DNA from: Yuukianura sp. NJ FZ-2021
Lineage: Eukaryota
DNA length: 64,000 bases
Direction: 5' to 3'
NCBI GenBank assembly: GCA_046563655.1
Contig: CM102288.1
Location: 4,464,001 to 4,528,000 of the forward strand
In this document: positions 37,600-48,597 of the stretch, piece after piece
Layout: each line of letters opens with the position of its first letter
Numbering within the stretch: position 1 is the first letter of the stretch
Notes under the pieces: model-generated
The model's database searches: none
What the model was told of the DNA's origin: nothing
What the model saw: only the letters and a program-made list of their open reading frames with translations
Position numbers and translations under genes: made by a program

Positions 37600-40500
37600 T
37601 TACTTTTGTGTATGGATTCGTAGCAGGCACACTCCATTATGGAGTGTTCGTGAATATTTGGTTGGTTTTGGAGAATTCGGAACGGATTGGTCGACACTGT
37701 CGCCAGTATCACCAGCAGCATTGGAGGAGCCACTAGCTGTAACTGGCTCTGCTTCAGTCGTCGTCGTACGGTCGTCGTCACTGCTACTATCACTGCTGCT
37801 TGGGCGTTTGGGGGGAGTGTTTGGGCCAGTAAAGAGAGTCACAAAGAGTCCATTTTTTGAAACGTGGTTGAAGACACTCTGGCACATGTCGTCAACCTTC
37901 TGCATCACGTCTTCCATTTTCTTACTTTCCACTTTTGAGGTCAAGTCCAAGTGGGCCAAGCTCATGTTGTGGTTCACGGTGGCCGCTTGAAGGTGTTTAA
38001 TAGCTTGCTTTGATTTTTTAACTGAGACCTTCAATTACAATTTGAAAGACAAGACGAATTAGTTTTTGATTTAAAAAATGTCTTTCAAAAATTGAAAATG
38101 CTGTGAAAATCAGAATTGGTAAGGTGGTCATCCATGGGATTCCTCAGTACTCTGGCCAAAATTTCATCACTGACTTTATCAAATTAATTAATTCCATACA
38201 AAACTCACCGGAACAAAAGATTCAGGAGACGATCCAAGCGAAAAGTTTTTGTATTTCTCCAGGATTGAGTCCGGGGCAATCACAGTTACTAAAACAAAAC
38301 AAAAACTTAAAGTGAATTGAAGTTAAAGTAATTGAGTGAAAATTAAAGTAAAGTAAGGCGTGTGTGACTGTGTGTGCGCGTTTACCACTTTTGCTAGCCT
38401 TGGCTGTTTGATTGAAAATCGATGATGAGAGTTGACATTCTTTCAAACCAATTCCAGCTTCATCTGCTATCAGTGCATCACCAAATCGAAATCCTACTCA
38501 CCACATTATATGATTGTAATGTCTGTTTATAATAAATTACTGACAGAAGTTTAATCGATTACTCACCTCGTGCTAACTTGAGTTGAACCATTTTCATTGT
38601 GGCAATGGCATCTTCAACTGGACAGTGTCCACCCTCACTGGCCTGAATCTCCTCTCCCAAGAAACTTTCCACAAGCATTGCCAGTTTCGGTTTCTTATTT
38701 CTCTGTCCACTGACATTGAAAATGACGCTCGTGTCAATCACATATGGATGAATCATCTAAACACAAAAAAAAATGCAGTAAATCATTCGACAAGAAAAAA
38801 AAACGAAAAAATTGCACTCAATATCAAATGCGTGATACACTATGTCTCTACCTTCATAGCATGTAAATCACAATTGAGGGAATGGCCAACAAGAATTGCG
38901 TCTCGAGGTAATCTTGTTTCCAAAGCTTTCTGGACGTCTTCCAACGTTGTAGTGACATCTTTCAAACTTTTCTTGGTTATTCCAGAATACTCCGTCAAGT
39001 AGTTGGTAATTCTGTTCTTTGGTTTTACAAAAGACTCGTAGACGACCTACAAACATCAACCAACAATCAATACAAAATGTTGAAAACATGCGATGCATAT
39101 TTTGTACTTTTTAATTTTCAAAAAAATCAACATTTTTGAAAAATCGTCCCATTTACCTCATGATTTTCATTTACGACGGCGATTCTTGTCAGTTCTGAGG
39201 TGGTTCCGGTCGTAATGCACATTTCACAATCGATAGCAAAGATAGGTGAACTGTTTGAAACCTCCTTGTACTTTCGTTTGCTCATCTTGTAATCAGAGTA
39301 CTTGTGCTCCATTTCAAAATCAAATGGAAGTGGATAATTCTCCATAACCATTTGTTGGAGGCTGAGTAGAAGGTACGTCCGAGGAAACATGTCTGTCAGA
39401 GGAAGGTCAAGGACAGGAGCAGCGCAACCCAGAATATTCATGTCATCTTCCTCTTCTGCTTCTGTATGAGCAAAATTAATTGGAAACAGAGCTCGAAACA
39501 CTTTGAAAACTTCTTTGGAATGGAGTGCTGCCTCTATTGTGCCGTACTCTAAAAATAGAAACCAAAATCTTACTCAAATTCCGAAATCCGAATGAACAGT
39601 TCATGAAAAATGGTGAACAATCTTACTTTTCAGAATATTTTGTTTCTGAACTTGAGTTAGAGCAACACATGCCATTTCCTGGGCGAAGTCTGTGCCATAT
39701 TGGAAAGGTGACATGACCTCAACTCGGTCTTGAAAAATGGACGTTACTTTTGGCAGGAAATGCTCGTAGGTAAAGAAGTCGTGACAAGACAAGCCTTCCA
39801 GTACGAGCACAACGATTTGGGTCAAATTTGTATACTTTTGTAAGTAGCACCACCTAGTTTAAAAATTATACAATGAATTTACAAGAAACAGAACGAGTAA
39901 CAGCCGACGCGTCGTCATATGTCAACTGACCTTTCAGGAGGATATGAAAGTGTGTTTCCGCCCAAGGCGTAGAGAAGAAGTTGCTGGACATCCGAGACCA
40001 TAATGGGAATTCTGTTTTCCTGAGCCATGGACAATGATGCGTTCAGTCCTACACCTTGAAGAGTCAACTTTGGAATTTCCTAAAATATAAAAAGCTAATC
40101 ATAACACCAATTCCGTATTGGTTTGTAACTCAACTACTAAATTATTTAATTAACTCACTGTTAAGATCTTTTTGCGTGCTCGCAATCGAGCCTTTAGGTC
40201 TTTAAATTCTTCTGGACTAAGTTGCTTCCGACCACCATTAGTAGCTTTCGATGCGGCTGTTTCAGCTTTGGCAAGTTCTCGGACCCTCTTCAGTTCAGGC
40301 GGAAAGTCTAATACCTCGCCAGGCTAAGAAGCAAATAAGACAAACAAAACATTACCATTTCTGAAAACGAAAAACGTAGAAACCTCCACTTACCCGTTTA
40401 ATTGCATCGTTCGACTTGGCCAGTTCGAACTCCGTGATCAATTTCTTGGCCTTCTTCTCCATCCGCTTCAGCTTCTTACTCTTGGCCAATGGAACGGTGG

Positions 40501-40657
40501 TCCAACCTGCCTCAGGAGGTGTCGCAACCGAATCAGGAAACTTCCCAGGTTTGGTGTCAATCACTCCTATCCCTGCAAGTGGATCTCCGTCACTCTTGCC
40601 AACACCATCGGTATCGGTGGCAACGTTGCCATTGACAATGAGATTGTCCCCTTCCAT
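37600..40657 (-). CDS. REXO5: RNA exonuclease 5 / NEF-sp-like DEDDh 3'-5' exonuclease
   Basis: About 10 coding exons (40657-40394, 40323-40159, 40079-39931, 39853-39627, 39548-39157, 39046-38852, 38756-38567, then approximately 38494-38385, 38290-38209, 38029-37600). Motifs: [27 protein letters not shown], Exo[25 protein letters not shown], Exo[15 protein letters not shown], Exo[11 protein letters not shown]. Confidence 0.88.
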
Positions 40658-43600
40658 TTAGCTTGACATCAAAACTTTAACAAAAATACACAATAATTTT
40701 AGTCGTCCATACTCATAATACCCAAATACCCTATACCGTAGTACTTGATGACCGTTTTTAAAGAAAGCCCAAAAGACTTACCAACCAGGTTAGTTTGTAA
40801 AAGTACTTGTTTGTTACAAACCTAATGAGACTCAAACAAGGCAGCTTTCGCTGCACTTATGGCGAGATGCATACAAGATAGCTCCAGCCTCTTCCTTGAT
40901 TGCTTTGATGCCTAATTAACTGCGAACTAAATTAATAAATTAAAGTTAGAGTAAAAATTCTCCGACGAATTCGGCAGGAAGAACACAAATCATGAAAGCA
41001 TGGTGTCGCCGTCGTCGTGTTTTTTTTTTCATGTTTTTATATTTTACTTTTTGCATTTTAGTTTTCGCGCTTTTGTGATTTTTGAGAAAGTGAGAACTTT
41101 ATGAACTTTTTAAAACAATAAACGACGACAAAAAAATTCAAAGCGAAAACGTAATGGACGGAAAAATCCTGACAAAAATTTTTTGGCAACGAAAACACTT
41201 CCGGATTCCAAAACAATATTGAAATCAAAGTTTTTTCAGATATTGACATTTTTTCTGCCTAAAAATTTTCAGAAGTTCTGACTGCTTATAACTTCGTTTT
41301 TCATCACACTTTTTAAAAAAAATCTCGGTTTAGTTTGTAATTTCCATCTAAAAATACAGTTTTGCCTGTTTCAGATTCGCCTGTTGCATTCAAATCCCTA
41401 AAAGAAAAATTCTCTAAAAAACAGCTTCCGTTTTCGCAGAACTGTTTTCAACGGAAGCTGTTTCTGCTAGAATTTTGGCACCTTTCCCTGCTTTTCGTTT
41501 TTGCACATGCCTCCTTTCCCTGCTGTTAGTTTTGCACTCATTTCCTTTTGCACAGGATCAATACCCCACTCAGGCTTTTCCTGGAGTCAGTTGGGATTTG
41601 CAAAGGCTTCAACTCAACCTCCCTTCGTGGAAATTCGGGGTTTTCGGACTTTTCGGAGCCAGTGGAGCAACGTATGGACTCAATTCGGAATTGGCAAAAA
41701 GGCTCTGCTGCGTCCAGAGCCAAGCTCTCGTCTCCAGGCACAACTTTCCCTTATCGACTTTTCCCGTGACCCATTTACATTGGACGAACTTTATACCGAA
41801 CCTAGTTAACTTTTCAACCACAATTAAACTCCAGAGGTCACCAAACTCAAGGTGAAACAGTGGCAGAGGTCAAAGGGTAAGTTTTAGAAGCTTTGGCATT
41901 TTTGACAATAATTTTGAGTCCTTGGAGCAAAATACGATTCTTCTCAAGTGACAAATGTCACTGATTTTCTGAAATACGAAAATTTGCTCAAAATTTCCAA
42001 TTTTTTTTAAATTGTAGAGTGTAAGAAATGAAAATTACGCAACACTTTCGGTTAATCTCCTTTGTCTCATCAAACAGTCAATGCAAACGGAAGCTACTAC
42101 ACTTTTTTTTGTTAAAGTTTTTGCATTAGCCATCTGCGGATGTAATGGTATCCCCCTTCCATCCGTCTTGCAAAAATTATTGCGAAATTTTTGCAATCTC
42201 CGAATTAAAAATGCAAACTTAACCCCTTCCACTCCCGACTGGACACCAAATGCTCTTTCCGTTTCTTCAAAAGCTGTATAGAAAAAATAGAACAAAAAGT
42301 ACAGTTGTTGTACTTTATTTTTGCAAGAATAAGCAAGGCGTTATGGTTTGCAAATTTTCTTTTGCATAATTATAATGTTGCAAATTATAACACGCATTTT
42401 TTTCTCTACATTTTTTTAAGAAAAAAAATTAACGGCCTTTGAGAAGGGAAGGTCACGGGGGTCATGAATTTGTTGGGAAAACTGTTATGAGTTCTTATTT
42501 TTTTTTTGTCAATTTGCAAAAAGTGATCTATGAGTTGTAAAACAATTTGCGAATTTTTTGCTAACTTACTGTTTGGCTTTTGGTTGAAAGAGAGACGACA
42601 ATGGGTGAATGGCGCCGAAACAAAACAAAAATGTCTCGACTAGAACTCATCATAAAAACGCAGTTTTCGCAATTCTTCGTTTGCACTTTTCTTAAGTTCT
42701 GTTTATACTAATAAAATTCATGAATGATGACTCAGAAGGTTCGTCATGTTTGTGTCCACTCATTCAATTAAAGGAAAAACTAAAATTTTGAAATTAGAGA
42801 AAATAGATCTAGTTCACGATCAGAATCTTCAAATTCACTGCGTTCTTGAAGTTTTCAAGTTCTGCGAGTTTTCCAATAAAGTAAAGTCTAAAACATCACT
42901 TTTTTTTAAAGTGAACAACGAAAATAAAGAAAGGGTTTAAATGTTTTGAATCTCTAATTTTGTTTTGCCAAAACTTTGACAAATAAGACATTGGAGCACT
43001 ACTGCCACTGTGTGTTCCGAAGTGTAAGATGAGTAGATGATCGTAAAAATTAAACAATAGAAGCGTAAGGGCGATGCGTCATGTGACCTAGGTTGACCTC
43101 TCTTATCAATTGGCCACTTTTTAATGACATTCAAACCTCAAGTCGTAAAGTTAATCCTAACTTTTGTTCTCATGTTTCAACTTTGACATTTCAACAGTTC
43201 GTCTTCATCTTCTCAAAAATCACGAACTTCAAAAGCGTAACAGCGTTTTAACACTGACAAAAAATCAAAAAGTGTTGTCAAATTTCACGGTTAGTTCGAA
43301 AGTCAAAATTTAAAAATTTCTGTATTTAAAACATGACCTCTAGGTCATTCTCATTTCCATTCTCTTCCTTTGTGAACTTAGAGTTTCCTGCGTCCTTTTA
43401 ACTTCAAAATTTCTGATTAACGTACACAGACAAGTGGAAAATCGAATATTCAAATTCAAAACGATTTTTCATAAATTAATTTTATACTGTAAAAATTTCA
43501 AATTTAAAGTCGGGAGAGAATTTTGATCTTACAACTGTGATAATCTTGAAAAAATCAGTTAAAAACTTTAGTAGTTTAAAATGCTCAAGTTTCAAAGAAA

Positions 43601-45971
43601 ATAGTTGTTTTGACTTTCTTTTGAAAAGATTTTAGATTTTCATGAAAAAAATCCTTTATAATGTTAATTATAAAATCGTAGAAAGTATGAAGAAATCTTT
43701 GAAACTAAATCCCTATTGGTTTTTTGTAGATGTATTTTACTATAATAAGTATAATAAAAATTGGTAACTCAATGTTTTGATATTATGTTACTACTTTTAG
43801 CAAATGAGCGTCACAAGCCCACTACTTGATCAGTCCATGTCATCTTTTCTTTTGCGGTTTGAAGAGCAGTGGTTTTCTTATCACAAAACAAAAAGACTAA
43901 TGAAGCCACAAACTTCTATTGTTTTCATGTTCACTTTAAAAATACAAATAAATGCGCATTTTACAGTTTCCAAAACGAAAAATTTCTTAAAGCAAAAAGC
44001 AACCCATTTTCTCAAAATTTTGAGTTTTTAGCAAGTCTGCTAAAATTAAAATAAAGATCGGCGTCTAACCAAAAACTTCTTGGGAGAATTTGTTTTTGGT
44101 GATGCGGAAAATAGAATGTGGTGAAGATAGTGTTAATTAAAATTCAGAACTAAAGTTGACTTTAATTGTCAACTTTACTTTTGAACCAACTAAAAGGTGG
44201 GCAGAACTAACGTTAAACTCAAACACTAAAGTTCTAATCTCGGTGTGTCACATTAAGGAGTCTCTAAAGTTCTGGAACATCTCTTGAGTCCAGTATTAGT
44301 GTTAATATTGCTCTCATTCAGAGCAGTCACACGCCTACCATCGATCAATCCATCAATTTTTAACAAAGTTCAAATTAATTTCAAATTTTGACTAAAACGT
44401 TAAAATTTAAAAAGTTCAACTTTCCACTCCAACATTCACGTTGTGCTGTGAGTACTCAACCATAATTTTAGTCAATTTAAATTAAGGTAACTAAAAACTA
44501 AAAACTTTCCAATAACAAAAAAAAATCTTGAACAACACTAGATTTTCAAAAAACGAACAACTTTTCATATCATTCCATTGTAAATTTTGTAAACGTTTTG
44601 TAAAGTTCTTTTTGGCTGGATTTCCTCAGAGATTAAGTCTGAAATTATGTGAGGAGTTTACTAACTAGTTTCAATACCTTAAAAATGAGTGTGATTCATA
44701 AGCATTATAAATAAGCATATCGTTTGTCAATTTCTTTGTCAAAAAAGTTGCAAAGTTGTCTTAGTTTTTCGGTTATTGCAAAAACAGCTTTTGAAGTACC
44801 GGTTGGTTGGGCAGAAGAAGTGCGAGTTGCAATTTTTATTTACCTACGCAATGATTCTAGATAACGCACAGGAACTTAGGTGGTGCCAACCCACTTAAAA
44901 ATTTTGACACTTCTGTCAAAACGTTTTTCAAGTTTTTCTTAAAAATGAAATTGAAACGACAAAAAGAAGTTTTCAAAATGAATCATGCTTTTCATCACCC
45001 CACTACTGTAAATAAATTCTTGCCAAAAAAAGTTGAAAAAAAGTGAAATGAATAGCAAATGAAAACGGTTAAGGATTTATGACCATTGTGTGTCAGTTAA
45101 GTTTTGTTGTTTTTGCAATTTGTGCCAATAATTTGCACTTTCAAGATGATTCCTAAATTTAACCAGAAGGGATAAGCATTCCAGAATGTCTTTAATCAAT
45201 AAATCAGAGGCTTATTTAACTGCCACATTAAATTTAACTTGACTCGTGTTAGAGTTTAAGGCTAAAGAGAGAGTTAATGTGTTGGATAGGAATTTGTAAT
45301 TCATGTGCTCAAAATTCATATTTTGATTTTGAAAAATCATAAATTTCATCAAGATTAGAAAGTAATTGAGGAAGAAGCAAACGTAATCCAATCACAATCA
45401 GTTTATAGTTTTTATAAATCGCTTTTTCCATCATATCGCTTTCAAAAACAGTCTTTTTTGAAAAAGAAGAACTTTTTTCAAACAAGTTGGATCCCTTTGT
45501 TCAAAAGTTCATTGTTTACCACCCGCCAACAGACAAAAACTTGACCTCTCAATTCATACGTGACCTCTTCCTTTTGTTCAGTTTCAAAATTTCAGTTTCA
45601 CCTCTGACCTCCCCTTTGCAACTTGAACAATGCATTTCAAGTTCTGAAAAATTTGAATTTGTAAGATCTAATCTAAAGTCCGTGTAACACACATGTGTAA
45701 ACCACGCGTAAAACCTGAAAATTAAGGTTAACCAAGTTAAGTTAAAGTTAACTTTAATTAGCTTGATTACTAATGAACTTGTTTTGATTTTTTGTACCGT
45801 TGTTTCTAGGATTAGCCGGTGCAGACCTTAATGACAAAACTTCACACGCCACTTTTGTGAAGCCAAAATCATGAAAACTGCTTAAAATCTTCGCATTTCT
45901 TCAAAAGTTGCCGCGACGGAGCGGCGGATGACGTGACCTTTGACCTCTGGACTTTTGCTTATGCGTGTGCT

Positions 45972-47582
45972 ATGGCAATGGGACCAATCCGACGTGTCTA
46001 TGGAGTAGAACAGAACAATGACTGTGACGTAGCATTCTACGCAGACAAATGGCGTCTGCCGGCACATTCCGACGTTATCAAAACCGCAAACGTCGTGTTT
46101 CGCGCAATGCTGTCATCTGATTTTACGTATCCCACTGAAGAGGGAACTGGATTGACGCGTGTTGACGTTGAAGATGTTGACGGCAGAGCGTTAGACAATC
46201 TCCTAAGGTCAGATTTTCAAAAACTGACAAAAATTTCAAAATTTTGAAAATGTCGTAAAGTTTTCCTGAAATTTTAGGTGTCTATATGGATATCCAGTAC
46301 CGGTTCAGTCAATTGAAACTGCACTTCTAACGTTGTATGCAGCGCACAAGTACCAGTGTCCAGAGCTCGTGAATCTTTGTGTTTCGTATTTAACGTTTCA
46401 TCTCAAAGAAACCAACGTCCTAACGGTTCTCAAATTTGCTAAAGTGCTGGCCGTCGATTACCAACCGCCTGCGGTAAACATTTTTCAAAAATTTCGATAC
46501 AAGTTTTCAAAATTTCAAAACAATGTCCACATCCAAACTTTTCTTTGGTAGAAATGTTCCGCTGAGGTAAAAATTGAAAAACCTAAACGACGCGGAAGAG
46601 GTAGAAAACATGTTCCGTCGCCCGTTCCGGAGCGAAGACGCAGACGCCGTCCGTTTGACCGAAGAGAGCCACCATCCGTGGTGGGGCAGGACGAACCCAC
46701 TGCTGCCAGTGCTCCACTGATGACCTCTGACCTTGACACTATCGAAGCAGCCTGTTCTGATCTCCTACGCCTCTGTCTCGGGGTCATTGATACTCATGCA
46801 AATCAAATTCTGGAGGCAGATGAACTAGAGGACCTTGATCTTGACACTTTAACGTTGATTCTATCCCGTGACACTCTTAATGTCAAAGATGAGGTCAAAG
46901 TTTTTGAAGCCTTAGACAGGTTAAACTTACATCTTTGGAAAAGTGAAGTGCTAAGGGCCAGTTTGACACAATTTTTGACACTTTTAGGTGGGCGGGGCAA
47001 CAGTGTAAGCAGCAACAGCTTCCATTGACCGTGACGAGCAAGCGCCAAGTCCTGAAAGACTCCATTTTTCTTCCACGATATTTGACCATGACCCTTAAGG
47101 CCTGGGAAAATGGACCCCTTCGCTCTGGAATCTTCGCCCCTGAAGAAGTGGCTATCATTCAAGGCCTTCTTAGTGGGAAGGTCAATCCAGGTCAAGTGAC
47201 TTCCTCTGAAGCACCGCTCTTCGCCTCATGCAGCCACCCACGCCGTCCTGTTCCACCAGCCAATCAACAAACGAATTCGGCCAAACGAGGAGCACTCGGC
47301 CGGACTCGGTCGGATCGTCGTCGTCCACTGCTTGGTTTCTGTCGGTTTTTTCAATTTCAGCATGGAAAGTGTTGTAAGAAAGGAGGGTCTCAAGACTCGA
47401 GTCCGTTTTCTAGTGCGCCTACGTCTCCAGCACACCAAGGTCAAATCCAAGGTCAAAGGTCAACTTCTCCCCCTCCGCATCTCCAACCCCCAAATATCGG
47501 CGGACCAAGGCGTGAATCTCAAACGGCCCGAATCAACTTTTTGGAACAAATTGTCGTCTGTTTTGCTTGCCTTTTTGACTAA
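45972..47582 (+). CDS. BTB/POZ-BACK domain protein (BTBD2/3/6-related, no PHR domain visible)
   Basis: Exons 45972-46207, 46278-46473, 46552-46919, 46988-47582. CDVAFY..WRLPAH..VFRAML..VEDVDGRALDNLLRCLY..LYAAHKYQCPEL...C (BTB); ILSRDTLNVKDEVKVFEALDRWA..C..PRYLTM (BACK); ends with CFACLFD. Confidence 0.85.
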
Positions 47583-48251
47583 ACAAACAATTTTGGACTG
47601 AAAAAAGTCGATTTTACTTAAACGTTTAGTTTACATGAAAAAGAAAACGAAGCGCAGGCGCATAATGGTGGCAACATTGGGCAGCATATGTTAACGACTT
47701 AAGTATTTTTAAAGTTGTGGTTGTTTTTTGTGTTCTAAATTTTTTAGTTTTGATGTAAAAGCTTCTCAACTTTTAACATTGCTGCATCTGTGTTGTCACA
47801 TCTTTTTGGAATCGAAATTTTGTTCATTGTTTTTGGAAATTTGAACGTTTTCAGACAGCTTTCAGGCTTTTGTGAAACATGTTCATAGACTTTTTTCGCC
47901 TTTTAGCTTTATGTAAGTAATTGTTATTAGTTTTATTAGAATAGGTTACATAATTTGTTTTAGAAACTTAGAAACAACTTACTCAAGACTTTGCCATTCG
48001 GAATTTTTGTTCAACTTGCTCACTCAGTTTGGATTAAGTTTTAAGTTGGTTCGATTGATCTATCCGAACAACTTCTGCGTATGTTCTTATTATGTTGACA
48101 TTTTTTGGTAAATTCACTACTCACTATTCTTCAAAATTTTGACAAATGTTTTCAAATTGTGAAGAATTAATAAAGTCTCAAACGTTGTGTTGTGCAAGAA
48201 TTTATTTCAGCGTTTCAACAATCGAAGAATTTGTTATTCTTTTCACAAATC

Positions 48252-48455
48252 ACAAAATTTAGAAATTTCAGCATCCCCAAAGAATTCTCAAAATTTTGGA
48301 TTTTCTCATCCTCAACGAATTCTCCAAATCTTGCATTTTCTCTTTTCTGCAACCGCAAAGAATTCTCAAAATTTGGATTTTCTGCATCCTCAAAGAATTC
48401 CTGAAATTTTGGATTCTCTTCTAACTTCTGAAGTTTTCGAAATTTTGAATTTCCT
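48252..48455. repeat. Degenerate minisatellite, about 35-42 bp unit, about 5 copies
   Basis: Repeats of gcatcc(c/t)caaagaattctcaaaattttggattt, just upstream of the zinc-finger gene. Confidence 0.75.
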
Positions 48456-48597
48456 TTTGTTCGGAAGTGAGATATCCACCTCCTCACTTTCCGTTTCCTT
48501 CACACCTCAGAACAAAGTGCAAAAGTCCTTTCCTCTGCGCAAGGAAATTTCGGTTTGAATGCTACCCGGGTAGAATCCGAATTCGGAGATACTCTAA

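Noticed and set aside
37568..37630. ADAT3 N-terminus MPATNPY... from the ORF track
   Set aside because: It starts at GTG inside the REXO5 CDS; the first ATG is at 37567. Kept only as part of the frameshift hypothesis.
42219..42940. piggyBac-like element starting TTAACCCCTT
   Set aside because: No convincing matching inverted end was found (AAGGGTTTAA near 42931 is a weak match).
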